DNA of 64,000 bases, from contig JBBCIM010000029.1 in NCBI GenBank assembly GCA_037200245.1, positions 166,342-230,341 on the forward strand, read 5' to 3'. Both the position numbers and the translations under genes were made by a program. The DNA comes from Pseudolabrys sp. Its GTDB lineage: Bacteria; Pseudomonadota; Alphaproteobacteria; Rhizobiales; Xanthobacteraceae. Below are positions 35,299-47,306 of this stretch, piece after piece. The notes beneath the pieces were generated by a model. It did no database searches. It was not told where the DNA came from and was given only the letters and a program-made list of their open reading frames with translations. Within the stretch, counting starts at the first letter, position 1; each line of letters begins with the position of its first letter.

Positions 35299-38176
35299 AT
35301 GTCGCTCGTGCATGAGGTCGACTACGGCACGCCGCGTGTAAAGGCGGAAAAGTCCGTTACGCTGACCATCGACGGCCAGGCGGTGACAGTGCCCGAGGGC
35401 ACCTCGATCATGCGCGCGGCCATGGAAATGGGCACGCAGATTCCCAAGTTGTGCGCGACCGACATGGTCGACGCCTTTGGTTCCTGCCGGCTCTGCCTTG
35501 TCGAGATCGAAGGCCGCAACGGCACGCCGGCTTCCTGCACGACACCGGTCTTGCCGGGGATGGTCGTGCGCACCCAGACCGACCGCTTGAAGACCATCCG
35601 CAAGGGCGTGATGGAGCTTTATATCTCCGACCACCCGCTCGATTGCTTGACCTGTTCGGCCAACGGCGATTGCGAATTGCAGGACATGGCCGGCGCGGTC
35701 GGGCTGCGCGACGTTCGTTACGGCTACGCCGGCGACAATCACGTCGGGCCCAAAACCGAAGGCATTGCCAATCCGAACTGGCTGCCGAAGGACGAGGTCA
35801 AACCCTTATTTCACCTACGACCCGTCGAAGTGCATCGTCTGTTCGCGCTGCGTGCGCGCTTGCGAGGAAGTGCAAGGCACCTTCGCGCTGACGATCTCGG
35901 GCCGCGGCTTCGACAGCCGTGTATCGCCGGGCATGAGCGAAAGCTTTCTCGGCTCCGAATGCGTGTCCTGCGGCGCCTGCGTGCAGGCCTGCCCGACGGC
36001 GACTTTAAACGAGAAAAAGGTCATCGAGGTTGGCAAGCCGGAGCATTCGGTGGTGACGACCTGTGCCTATTGCGGCGTCGGATGCTCGTTCAAGGCGGAA
36101 ATGCGCGGTGAAGAGCTGGTGCGCATGGTGCCGTACAAGGACGGCGAGGCCAACCGCGGCCATTCCTGCGTCAAGGGCCGCTTCGCCTGGGGCTACGCAA
36201 CACATCGCGAGCGGATCCTGAAGCCTATGATTCGCTCCAAGGTCACCGAACCGTGGCGGGAAGTGAGCTGGGACGAGGCGATCGGTTACGCCGCGTCCGA
36301 GTTCAAGCGCATCCAGGCCAAATACGGCAAGGATTCCGTCGGTGGCATCACCTCGTCGCGCTGCACCAACGAAGAAACCTTCCTGGTGCAGAAGCTGATC
36401 CGCGCCGCCTTCGGCAACAACAACGTCGATACCTGCGCGCGCGTCTGCCATTCGCCCACCGGCTACGGCCTGGGCCAGACTTACGGCACGTCGGCCGGTA
36501 CGCAGAACTTCGATTCGGTCGAACACAGCGACGTCATTTTGATCATCGGCGCCAATCCGGCCTCGGCGCACCCGGTCTTCGCATCGCGCATGAAGAAGCG
36601 CCTGCGCGAAGGCGCCAAGCTGATCGTCATCGACCCGCGCCGCACCGAGATGGTGCGCTCGGCGCACATCGAAGCGGCCTATCATCTGCCGTTGCTGCCT
36701 GGCACCAATGTCGCGGTGGTGACCTCGCTCGCCCATGTCATCGTCACCGAAGGATTGTTCGACGAAAAATTCATTCGTGAGCGTTGCGACTGGGATGAAT
36801 TCCAGCACTGGGCCGAGTTCGTCGCGCGGCCACAGAACAGCCCAGAGCAGGTCGCGAAGCTTTCCGGCGTGCCGGCCGAGACGATCCGCGGAGCGGCAAG
36901 GCTTTATGCCACCGGCGGCAATGGCGCGATCTATTACGGCCTGGGCGTCACCGAGCACAGCCAGGGTTCGACCACGGTGATGGCGATTGCCAACCTCGCG
37001 ATGGCGACCGGCAATATCGGCCGGGTGGGTGTCGGCGTAAACCCGTTGCGCGGCCAGAACAACGTGCAGGGCGCCTGCGACATGGGCTCGTTTCCGCACG
37101 AGCTTTCCGGCTACCGGCATATCTCGCTCGACGAGCCGCGCCATCTGTTTGAGAAGGACTGGGGCGTCACGCTCGACAAGGAACCGGGTCTGCGCATTCC
37201 CAACATGCTTGATGCCGCGGTCGACGGCACATTCAAGGGCATTTATATCCAGGGTGAGGACATTCTTCAGTCCGATCCCGACACCAAGCACGTATCGGCC
37301 GGCCTTGAAGCGATGGAATGCGTCGTCGTGCAGGATCTCTTCCTTAACGAGACGGCGCGTTTTGCCCACGTCTTCCTGCCCGGCTGCACATTCCTTGAGA
37401 AGGACGGCACCTTCACCAATGCCGAACGCCGCATCCAGCGCGTGCGCAAAGTGATGACGCCGAAGAATGGCTACGGCGACTGGGAGATCACCTTGATGCT
37501 CTCCAAGGCGCTCGGCTACGAGATGCACTACGATCATCCTTCGCAGATCATGGACGAGATCGCACGATTGACCCCCGGTTTCGCCAATGTCTCCTACAAG
37601 ATGCTGGATGAGCGCGGCTCGGTGCAATGGCCCTGCAACGATAAGGCGCCGGAAGGCTCCCCGATCATGCACGTCAACGGCTTCGTGCGCGGCAAGGGTA
37701 AGTTCATCGTCACCGAATACGTCGCGACTGACGAGCGCACGGGCCCGCGTTTCCCGCTATTGCTCACGACGGGACGTATCCTATCCCAGTACAATGTCGG
37801 GGCGCAGACGCGGCGCACCGACAATTCGATCTGGCACGCCGAAGACCGGCTTGAGATCCACCCGCATGATGCCGAACAGCGCGGCGTGCGCGACGGCGAT
37901 TGGGTCAAGCTCGCCAGCCGCTCCGGCGAAACGACGCTGCGTGCCCTCATCACCGACCGGGTGGCGCCGGGCGTGATCTACACGACGTTCCATCATCCCG
38001 ACACGCAGGCTAACGTCATTACCACCGATTATTCGGATTGGGCGACGAATTGCCCGGAATACAAGGTGACGGCGGTACAGGTTACACCGTCGAACGGTCC
38101 ATCGGCCTGGCAACAGGAATACGAGGAGGTCTCACGCGAGACTCGCCGCATCTCCGCTGCGCAAGCCGCGGAGTAA
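35299..38176 (+). CDS. fdsA: Formate dehydrogenase alpha subunit (Mo, Cys ligand); frameshift near 35800
   Basis: CAYCGVGC, CVKGRF, DTCARVCH, LRGQNNVQGACD, PEYKVTAV. Confidence 0.95.
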
Positions 38177-38181
38177 GCCGC

Positions 38182-39003
38182 GTGCCCGATCCGATCCGCA
38201 GTGTTGAAAGAACCGCCTGGCGCGGCGGCCGTCTGGTAACGGGTCAACGGACGATTCCCGAAGAGACGGCGGTCGCCTTCACCTTCAACGGTTCGTCCTA
38301 TGCGGTGATGATGGCAACGCCGCACGATCTCGAAGATTTTGCAGTCGGCTTCAGCTTGACCGAAGGTGTCATCAAATCGCCTTCCGAGATCGAGCGACTG
38401 GAGGTTGTGGAAGAGTGCCTCGGCATCGAACTGCGGATGTGGCTGGCCGAGCCCCACGCGACGGCCTTCATGGAACGCCGCCGCTATCTTGCGGGACCGA
38501 CCGGCTGCGGACTGTGCGGCATCGAGTCGCTCGGCGAGGCCATGCGGACGCCTGCGACGATTTCAGACGCGGCTCATTTCGCGCCTGACGAAATCATGCA
38601 TGCGCTCGATGCATTGACCGGACTGCAGGAGATCAACGAGCAGACCAGAGCAGTTCATGGCGCGGCGTTCTATCAGCCGGGGCAGGGCATAGTGGCGCTA
38701 CGGGAGGATGTCGGGCGGCACAATGCGCTCGACAAGCTGGCGGGCGCGTTGGCGCGGGCCAACTGTCCGGCCCACGGCGGCGTCGGCATCGTCACCAGCA
38801 GGCTTTCGGTCGAAATGGTGCAGAAGGCCGCGGCTATCGGGCTTCCGGTCCTGGTCGCGGTCTCCGCGCCAACGGCGCTGGCGGTGCGCGTCGCGGAAGC
38901 CGCCGGGATTACCCTGATTGGCGTCGCCCGTAGCGACGGCTTCGAGATTTTCACGCATGCGGGTCGCATCAAGGCCGACAGGAGCCTCCATGCCCTTGCA
39001 TGA
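38182..39003 (+). CDS. fdhD: Formate dehydrogenase accessory sulfurtransferase FdhD/FdsC
   Basis: GCGLCG, VHGAA, EDVGRHNALDKL, SAPTALAV. Confidence 0.93.
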   Translation: MPDPIRSVERTAWRGGRLVTGQRTIPEETAVAFTFNGSSYAVMMATPHDLEDFAVGFSLTEGVIKSPSEIERLEVVEECLGIELRMWLAEPHATAFMERRRYLAGPTGCGLCGIESLGEAMRTPATISDAAHFAPDEIMHALDALTGLQEINEQTRAVHGAAFYQPGQGIVALREDVGRHNALDKLAGALARANCPAHGGVGIVTSRLSVEMVQKAAAIGLPVLVAVSAPTALAVRVAEAAGITLIGVARSDGFEIFTHAGRIKADRSLHALA

Positions 39004-39229
39004 CGAGTCCGCACACAAATCGACGGACGAAAAACTGGTCTATATGGCCAACCAGATCGGCAAGTTCTTCGCCTCGCAGGACCGAGACAAAGCGCCGGCC
39101 GCGATTGCCGAGCACCTGAAAAAATTCTGGGATCCGCGCATGCGGACGGCGATCGTCGCGCACCTGCAAGCGGGCGGCGCAGGCCTTGACCCGCCGGTCC
39201 GGAGCGCGGTCGAAAAGCTACGGCTATAG
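38990..39229 (+). CDS. fdsD: Formate dehydrogenase delta subunit
   Basis: KLVYMANQIGKFF...HLKKFWDPRMR. Confidence 0.92.
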   Translation: MPLHDESAHKSTDEKLVYMANQIGKFFASQDRDKAPAAIAEHLKKFWDPRMRTAIVAHLQAGGAGLDPPVRSAVEKLRL

Positions 39230-39244
39230 TGGCGGAAGGGGTGA
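39230..39244. repeat. att core, duplicate of the tRNA-Ser 3' end
   Basis: Identical to 48788-48802. Confidence 0.9.
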
Positions 39245-39420
39245 CCGCTTTTTGGCCGCGCGCTAAGCCCCGGCGCGCGCCGAAGCCGACCGCCACGACA
39301 GCGGAAAAAACCTTCTGCTATCGTGCTTTTCTCCTTTCCATCACCCCGATATAAGCCGAAGCTTCCCGCTAGGCCCCGGTACAGCCAAGCCGGGGGTTTA
39401 TAGGTTCGGCGAAGGGAAAA

Positions 39421-40644
39421 ATGGAAATGTTGACCGTCAAAAAGATCGAACGGCTCAAGGAGCGCGGTCGCTATCTGGATGAACGCGGCCTGTACCTGCA
39501 AGTGATGAGCGCCAGCAATCGCTCGTGGCTGTTGCGCTATGAAATCGACGGTAAGAAACGCTGGATGGGTTTGGGGTCCTTGGGCGACTTCAATTTGGAC
39601 GAGGCCCGGCAACGCGCCCGGCAGGCGCGGCAACTTCTGACCGATGGCGTTGATCCGCTTGAAGCCCGTAAGGCCGAACGCGCCAAGCGAGCCTTGGAAG
39701 CCGCAAAGGCCGTCACGTTCAAGGAAGCGGCGCAGCAATACTTCGACCAGCACGAACGCAAATGGCGTAACGCCAAGCACCGTCAGCAATTTTTATCGAC
39801 GCTCAAAACGTACGCATTCCCCGTCCTGGGCAAGCTGTCGGTCGCGGCAATCGACACCGGCCTGGTGCTCAAGGCCGTTGAACCGCACTGGCTGGACAAG
39901 ACCGAAACGGCGAACCGGGTGCGCGGCCGGATTGAATCAGTGCTCGATTGGGCGGCTGTGCGCGGCTATCGGACAGGCGACAATCCGGCCCGGTGGAAAG
40001 GCCACTTGGCTGAGGTGCTGCCCGCGCGGGGCGATATTGCGCCGCACCAGCATCACAGGGCGCTCCCGTTCGTGGCTGTACCGGACTTCATGGTTCAACT
40101 CGCTACCCGCGAGGGCATGGGCGCACGGGCTTTGGAGTTTACGATCCTGACAGCCGCCCGTACCGGCGAAGTGATCGGCGCGCGCTGGTCTGAGATTGAT
40201 CTCAAAGCCAAGCTCTGGACCGTCCCGGCCGGACGCATGAAAGGGCATCGGGAACACCGTGTTCCGCTCTCCGACCGCGCGGTTGCGGTCTTGAAGGCGC
40301 TGCCGCGCGAAGCTGATTTCGTGTTCCCAGGCGGGCGCAAGGGCGTCCCAATATCAAATATGGCAATGGCCGAACTTTTGAAGCGCATGGGACGACACGA
40401 CGCCACCGTGCACGGGTTCCGGTCAGCGTTCCGCGATTGGGCAGCGGAACGGAGCAACTTTCAAAATCACGTCATCGAAATGGCGCTGGCGCACGTCATC
40501 GGCGACAAGGTTGAGGCTGCTTACAGGCGCGGTGATTTGTTTGAGAAGCGCCGCAAGCTCTTGGAGGCATGGGCCAAGTATTGCGCGACGAAGCCGGTTC
40601 TCGCGAAAGACAATGTGATCCAGATGCATGGGCAGGCGGGATGA
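39421..40644 (+). CDS. P4-like tyrosine integrase with arm-binding domain
   Basis: GLYLQV...SWLLRY...MGLG; catalytic ARTGE, MK, HGFRSAFRDW, LAH, AYRR. Confidence 0.93.
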   Translation: MEMLTVKKIERLKERGRYLDERGLYLQVMSASNRSWLLRYEIDGKKRWMGLGSLGDFNLDEARQRARQARQLLTDGVDPLEARKAERAKRALEAAKAVTFKEAAQQYFDQHERKWRNAKHRQQFLSTLKTYAFPVLGKLSVAAIDTGLVLKAVEPHWLDKTETANRVRGRIESVLDWAAVRGYRTGDNPARWKGHLAEVLPARGDIAPHQHHRALPFVAVPDFMVQLATREGMGARALEFTILTAARTGEVIGARWSEIDLKAKLWTVPAGRMKGHREHRVPLSDRAVAVLKALPREADFVFPGGRKGVPISNMAMAELLKRMGRHDATVHGFRSAFRDWAAERSNFQNHVIEMALAHVIGDKVEAAYRRGDLFEKRRKLLEAWAKYCATKPVLAKDNVIQMHGQAG

Positions 40645-41168
40645 AACTAACCCACGACCAACAGGTGAGGCAGGCATTCATTGTCTTGAAGCAGGCAGCA
40701 CACTCACAGTGCAAAAGCGACATTGAAGACGCGCTTGACAACATTGAGTGGGACGGCCTGGACCCAAAGCCTAATTCCAAGCAGGTCAGAGAAGCTGTGA
40801 AGCGGCTACTCAAGCAGCTGGAAGATTGCAAACGCGAATACGAAGCATTGCACAAATTGGATTGCGCCCATGCCCATGAATTGATGAGGGGTGCGCCTGA
40901 CCTCGACGTTCATATTGCCACCTACAAGGAGTGGCTATCAGAGCGCCCAGGCCAGCCGCGCCGCAGTGCGGCTAAGCAAATGTGCGCTGTGAAAGAAGCG
41001 CGCACCTTGGTCCTGAAATATTGCAAAAGCGAAAAGGACCATTCCACCACGCGCGGCAATGCTTGGCACAAGCTGTCCGCTATCCTTGCCGGTGATGACC
41101 AACTCGATCTTTTCAACCACATGCGGAAGACCTTATCCGGTGCAAAAATAGTTCCACCTAAGGTCTAA
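40641..41168 (+). CDS. Hypothetical protein
   Basis: 175-aa ORF with ATGA overlap on the integrase stop. Confidence 0.6.
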   Translation: MKLTHDQQVRQAFIVLKQAAHSQCKSDIEDALDNIEWDGLDPKPNSKQVREAVKRLLKQLEDCKREYEALHKLDCAHAHELMRGAPDLDVHIATYKEWLSERPGQPRRSAAKQMCAVKEARTLVLKYCKSEKDHSTTRGNAWHKLSAILAGDDQLDLFNHMRKTLSGAKIVPPKV

Positions 41169-41225
41169 AATCCCAGACACGCTTCGCTCCAGCCCGACGA
41201 ACGACGCCGGGTGTTACCGGAGCGA

Positions 41226-41462
41226 ATGCAAATGAAACAGCAACAGCAAGAAGCGCCTCGGCTCCAGCGGATGATCCGCCTCAGCGAATTGCCGCTTTAC
41301 GTTGGCATTAAGCGCACCGTAATCGGTGAACTGATTACACGCGGTGAGTTTCCGAAGCCGGTGCCGATCTCTGACAGCGGCCGTGCCGTCGCCTGGTTGG
41401 AGACAGACATAATCACGTGGCAGAACTCACGCATCGCCAAGCGCAACTCGGTCGCAGCGTGA
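41226..41462 (+). CDS. alpA: AlpA family regulator/excisionase
   Basis: IRLSELPLYVGIKRTVIGELITRGEFPKPVPI...AVAW. Confidence 0.85.
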   Translation: MQMKQQQQEAPRLQRMIRLSELPLYVGIKRTVIGELITRGEFPKPVPISDSGRAVAWLETDIITWQNSRIAKRNSVAA

Positions 41463-41465
41463 ACC

Positions 41466-41696
41466 ATGACAACAGATCAGCACATCAACACGATCATAAT
41501 CGGGCTCTATCCGGATGCATGGGCGGCTTGGGGGCCTCGCGGACCGGACTACGATTTTACGCACAGTGAGTTGGAAAAATTGTCGCCAAAACTGCTTGAG
41601 AAAATCGCGGGTAGTCTGACCAGATTAAGCAGTCTGACCGAATTGGCCAACACTCTCATCGCATGGGTGGACGAACACAATTCGGAGGCTCTGTGA
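41466..41696 (+). CDS. Hypothetical protein
   Basis: 76-aa ORF in operon spacing. Confidence 0.5.
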   Translation: MTTDQHINTIIIGLYPDAWAAWGPRGPDYDFTHSELEKLSPKLLEKIAGSLTRLSSLTELANTLIAWVDEHNSEAL

Positions 41697-41702
41697 CCCG
41701 CC

Positions 41703-43976
41703 ATGTTAAAAAACAAAAACCCCGCGCGCCATGTCACTGGCGGCGGGGCTGGGAATGCTGACCTTGCTGCTGAGCGGGTCGGCATCGAGTATCGCTCTAA
41801 ATCTCAAACAAGAGTGGAAAATTATTGGTTGTTCGGTGTCGGTGTCGATGGATTCCAGCACGCCTATGGCCGGGACAGGCCCCCGGGCAAAGGCTGGTGG
41901 TCACCTTCTGCTGAAGGTCCCTACCATTATACGTGCGGTCCGCCAGACGGCGGGGGCGGTCATGAGCAAGATGAACAACAAGCTATGGCGGAACGCGAGG
42001 ATGTGGACCGTGTCATTGGGCGCAAGGGCAACTGGAAAGGACCATACGCAAGCGGAGAAGCGCATGGCGGCAATGTCATCGATGAATATATTTATCGGGA
42101 CAAGGATGGCGAGTTCTATCTGCGCGTGGAACGGACGACTGGTAAGCAATTCCTGCAAGCCCATTGGGACGGCAAAGCATGGAAGTATGGCGCTCCAAAA
42201 GGTCTCAAGCTGCCGTACTACTTGCCGCAGCTGATAAAAGCCGCGCCAGATGTGCCGGTGTTCATCTGCGAAGGTGAGAAGGACGCAGACAACCTAACTG
42301 ACCTCAAACTGCTGGCACCTGCGCCAGCGGCGGCGCGGGCAAATGGACCGCCGATCTTAACCAGTGGTTCGCGGGCAAGAAGACTGTCTATGTGTTGCAA
42401 GACAATGACGACCCCGGCTGTAAGCACGCGCAAAAGGTGGCCCAGAACCTAACCGGCATCGTCGCAGAAGTGCGCATTGTCGCCTTGCCGGGCTTAGCAG
42501 AAAAAGGTGATGTGTCCGATTGGCTGGAGGCTGGCGGCACCAAAAAACAGCTCGTTGAGCTTTGCGCAGCCGCGCCGCTTCATGCAGCCGAGCCGCTTGA
42601 CCCCACAGACCCCATGCGCACGGCACGCGCACTCATGGCCGTAACCTTCACCGACGCCGATGGTCTGCGGACACTGCACCGTCATCGGGTGCATTCTGGT
42701 CATGGACTGGCAGCTACTACCAACTGGCTGATGACGAAACGATACGTTCCGCCGTCTGGACCTTCTTGGAAAAATCTTGGCGGCTCGTAAAGGACAAGGA
42801 CGAAGAAGACAAATGGCTGACGGTGCCATTTAAGCCAACACGTGCACGTGTCAGTGATGCGCTAGATGCGCTGGGGGCCGTCATCCAATTAGACAAATAT
42901 GTTGAGCCGCCCGCATGGCTGACGCAGAGCGCTGCCCCGCCCGCGCAGGAGTTGCTGGCGTGCGGCAATGGACTACTGCACCTGCCGACCGGCAAAATGT
43001 ATCCGCCGACACCCGACTTCTTTGGCCTCAGCGCCAGTGAAGTCATCTTTGATCCGGCTGCACCCGATCCGGTGTTGTGGTTGAAATTCCTCAAGGAATT
43101 ATTTGACGATGACAAGGAAGCGGTAAAGACGCTGCAAGAGTGGTGCGGCTATGGGCTTGCGCCAGATAACTCTCAGCAAAAAATCTTGCTTGTCGTCGGC
43201 CCCAAGCGATCTGGCAAAGGCACCATTGCCCGCATTCTGACTAAGCTGCTCGGCCGCAATTCGGTGGCTGGCCCGACCATGTCCAGCTGGGCGAGACATT
43301 CGGCCTTGAACCGCTGATCACCAAGCGCTGGCCATCGTTTCCGATGCAAGAATTGGCGCGCGCACCGACAAGTCGGCAATCGTGGAGCGGCTGTTGTCTA
43401 TCAGCGGCGAGGACACCATGACGGTGGCGCGTAAGTTCCGTGAGGCATGGCATGGGCGGCTGCTGACTAGGTTTATGGTGCTGACCAACGAACTGCCGAG
43501 CCTGAGTGACGGGTCTGGCGCATTGGCTGGACGGTTTATCGTCTTGATGTTGAAGAATAGTTTTTTCGGCAGAGAGGACCCAGCGCTGACCAACAAGCTG
43601 ACGGCAGAATTATCCGGCATCCTGAATTGGGCCATTGCCGGTTATCGACGGCTGCGCAAGCGCGGGCACTTCATAATGCCGAAGAGTTCGCTTGATGCAG
43701 TCGATGACATGAGATGCTAGGCGCACCGGTCAAGGCATTCATCCGCGACTACTGTGACCTAGGTCCAGGAAAGACGGTGGAGATCGATAAACTGTGGTCC
43801 ATGTTTCAGGTGTGGTCGGGGAAAGAGGGACGCCGAGACGCCGGAACCAAGGCGTGGTTGGCCGTAATCTCCATTCCGCTGCACCAGGCGTCACCGTGCA
43901 CAAGCTGGGTTCTGGGGACCAGCGGCCTCTGTCCTATGTTGGCATCGACCTCAAGCCGAAGGCGGGGGCATATTGA
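41703..43976 (+). CDS. Toprim primase fused to D5-like/SF3 helicase (P4-family primase); several frameshifts
   Basis: CEGEKDAD, DNDDPG, KGDVSDW (Toprim); GPKRSGKGT Walker A; ISGED, TNELP, GRFIVL (SF3). Confidence 0.87.
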
Positions 43977-44371
43977 TGGGCTGTGCAAGGCCGAGCATCC
44001 CCGGACCTTGGCCAGAAATAAAAATCCCTAAAGGCCCTAAAATTCTCTCCCAGAATTTTCCTCTAGGGTTCGTAATGCTCGGCCTTGCACGGACGTAAAT
44101 CGTTCTGCCCAGCCTTGGCACACCTGTCATCGCCCGTTTCCCCCATCCTGCGCACCCGCGCTTCCCCCAAGTTTTTCTCGCACCCCGGGGCCGGGCCGCA
44201 AACGAGCACGCCGCGCTGCCCGCTGCCGGCACCACGGCGGTACCCTCCACCGCCAAACTCAACCATATTTGTCAGTGTTTATTGGTGGATTGCTACGATG
44301 TGGCGAAAAACCGACCGCTTAACCCCCGGAATTTCCTTTCCTTGGCGCACGAATAGGAAGATAATCCACCG

Positions 44372-44780
44372 ATGAAACCGACCGCCACCCGTACCGCGAC
44401 CGAGGCCCGCGCGCCGCGCCAGCGTAGCGCAGTGACCAACGGCAAACGGCAATTCGTTGATGGCAACGGCAACGCGGCCTGGACCAGACGCTGGCAGGAC
44501 TTGGTGCGCGCTCACGCCTGTGACTTGGGCGGTGCAGACACCTTGAGCGAAGCGCAATCGAGCTTGGTCCGCCGCGTGGCGACAATCGAAATTGAGCTTG
44601 AGCAACTGGAAGGCAAGTTACCAAGGGCGAACCTGTTGACCTTGATGGCTACACCCGCGCCGCGTCGCACCTTCGGCGCATCCTTGAAACGCTCGGCATC
44701 GCGCGCAAGATGAAACAAATTCAAGCCTGCAAGAATACTTGGCCGCTAAGCAAACAACAGCGGGCGAGGCGCTGACATGA
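44372..44780 (+). CDS. Small helical protein, probable terminase small subunit (frameshifts)
   Basis: RSAVTNG...LSEAQSSLVRRVA...RRILETLGI.R across frames; lies upstream of terL. Confidence 0.5.
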
Positions 44781-44970
44781 CAGCCCCGCTCAGCCCTGAG
44801 CACACATGGTTGATCCTTGAAGCAATCCACAAAATGGATGAACGCGAGACCGACAATTTCGTTGACCACATTGCGCATGAGCTTTCGCAGAACCTTGATC
44901 CGAGCACCGAGATGTGGAGCGTACCATCTCAGCGGCCCGCAAGGCGCTCCGGCTCTCGGAGGCGCATTGA
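44777..44970 (+). CDS. Small hypothetical protein, translationally coupled to terL (frameshift)
   Basis: ATGA overlap upstream and TGATG overlap with the terL start. Confidence 0.5.
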
Positions 44971-46552
44971 TGACTCCAACCACCACCATCCGCGAGGCGC
45001 TCACCGATCCGAAGCTGCTCGGTAATGTGCTTGCCGGTGATAGCTGGTCCGCGTGGCGCGTGCTGCTGATCGCCAGCATGGGCGAAGCCCTGACTGACGA
45101 CGAGCGCGTGATCTTCAAAGCATTGACCGGACGCGACCACGAGCCACTAGAGCGCGTCGAGGAATTGGAAGCGGTGGTCGGTCGTCGCGGTGGCAAGAGC
45201 CGCGCAATGGCAACGCTCGCAACTTACATCGGTGGCCTTTGCGAACACCCTCTCGCACCCGGTGAGCGCGGCGTCTTGCTTGCATCGCGCCCGATCAACG
45301 GCAAGCCGCGATCACGCTCGACTATGCGACGGCAGCATTTGAAGGCTCGCCGATCTTGTCGCAACTGATCGCCAACCGCACCGCCGACACACTTGAACTA
45401 AAAAACAAAATCAGCATTGAGGTGCGCGCAGCTTCTTTCCGTCGCCTGCGTGGCCCAACTTACATCGCAGTGATCGCCGACGAGGCCGCGTTCTGGTTCA
45501 GCGACGAATTTAGCTCCAATGCCGACACGGAAATCTTGGGAGCTTGTCGTCCCGGTTTGGCGACAACGCGAGGCCCGCTCATCATCGCCAGTTCGCCATA
45601 TGCACGTCGCGGCGTCCTATGGGAAACGCACAAGCGTCACTTTGGCCCGGAAGGTGATCCGCTGATCCTTGTCGCGCAAGGCACATCAAGAGAATTCAAT
45701 CCATCACTACCGCAGTCCGTCGTGGATCGTGCATTGGAGCGTGACCGTGCAGCAGCATCAGCCGAGTACCTCGCACAATTCAGAACCGACATCGAAAACT
45801 ACATTTCGTTTGAAATCGTCCAAGCCTGCATCGGCGATCATGTCGAGATGGCCCCGCTCGCTGCAAATAATTACCGCGCATTCGTCGATCCGTCTGGCGG
45901 TAGCGCTGATTCATTCACCATGGCAATCAGCCACCGTGATGGTGAGCGCATTGTTATCGACGCCATCCGTGAGGTGAAGCCGCCATTCTCACCGGAGAGC
46001 GTGGTCGATGACTTTTCAATCTTGCTGAAGACCTATCGCGTTTATCAAGTTTCCGGCGACCGCTATGCTGGCGAGTGGCCACGCGAGCAATTCAAGAAAC
46101 GCGGCATCACCTACCTGTGCGCCGACAAGACCAAAAGCGATTTGTTCCGTGACCTGTTGCCGCTACTCAACAGCGGGCAAATTGTTTTGCCGAAATCCGA
46201 CCGCCTTGTGAACCAACTCACCGGCCTTGAGCGAAAAGTTGCGCGCTCCGGTAAGGACAGCATCGACCACGCTCCAGGCGCGCACGACGACATAGCGAAC
46301 GCGGTGGCAGGAGCGGCCGATCTGGCCTCTGCACGCTTCATTGCACCGCTTCCGCAATTCGGCATGCCTGACGGTCGCGGCGGCATTCACATTTTTCACC
46401 GCAGAGGAAATCGAAGCGCGGACCCGGACCGATATCGGCCCCCTCGTTATTTGCAGGACTGGAATGCGCAAATTCAAGCTAAGAGCCGCGCGCGCGTTGC
46501 AGCATTGCCGTCATCGTCAACAAACACCCGCGCGAAACGCTGGGTTCAATAG
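44970..46552 (+). CDS. terL: Terminase large subunit (ATPase plus nuclease); frameshift near 45280
   Basis: Walker A GRRGGKS, LRG, Walker B IADEAAF, coupling motif ASSP, nuclease VDPSGG..D and HDD. Confidence 0.85.
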
Positions 46553-46564
46553 AAAGGAAGCATC

Positions 46565-47294
46565 ATGGCTGCACCTCAAGGCCACACGCAAACCAAATTG
46601 ATCGGTCCCGATGGCCGCACTGGCGTTCGCGTTCCGCTTGGCCACTGGTCCGGGGACTGGGATCAATTCCGCGAAGAGCCGTGGCACGGTCAACTTTTCG
46701 GAGCGTTCCGCGCCTCCATGTCCGCCTTGCAGCGCCATGAACAGGCCGACACTCAGGATGCGATGGCCAAGGCGTCGAACGCACCGCCCGTTCCGCAGGG
46801 ACGAACGTGAGCGCTTCGAGCTTCGCCACCTCAATCGTGAAATGGACGCGCTGGAAGCCATCGACCTCGACAAGATTGCAGCGGACCTTGCCACCCGGCG
46901 CAATGCGTTGTCCCCATTTTCTGCCCCGCTCGACAAGCAGGACGTGCCGCGCGCAACCGTGCGAGCGCAAATTCGCGAGCACATCAAATCGCTGCCGCCC
47001 GACCAAGCGCGCGTGTTCCTGCGCACGGCCGATGAAGTGACCAGCGCCGCTGTGCTTGAAGGTCCTGCATTCCTGTCTGGTCTTTCGCCAGAGATGCACG
47101 CCAATTTCCGCGAACAACGCTTGCGCGCGCTGCACGGTGAAAAATTGAAGTCTCTCGACGCCGCCGCCGCCGCAAGCAAGCTTGTCCGCCGTACTCTCGA
47201 CGCTGCCCGCCAATCGACCCGCACAAGGATCGCGCCGTTCCTTCCGCCGGTCGAGCCTGAAACGAAAAACGCCGCCGCACCCTGGGTTTCATAA
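46565..47294 (+). CDS. Hypothetical helical protein, ~240 aa (frameshift near 46790)
   Basis: AAGGAA RBS; ORFs 46565-46810 and 46611-47294 join; RAQIREHIKSL...AAVLEGPAFLSGL. Confidence 0.6.
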
Positions 47295-47306
47295 AGGAGA
47301 ACGACC

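Noticed and set aside
36005-37672. 555-aa minus-strand ORF and many similar long antisense ORFs
   Set aside because: Shadow frames of fdsA and other real genes, as expected in high-GC DNA.
35299-38176. Selenocysteine-containing formate dehydrogenase, suggested by the SelD-associated gene nearby
   Set aside because: The active site reads CARVCH with Cys; there is no in-frame TGA and no SelD catalytic domain.
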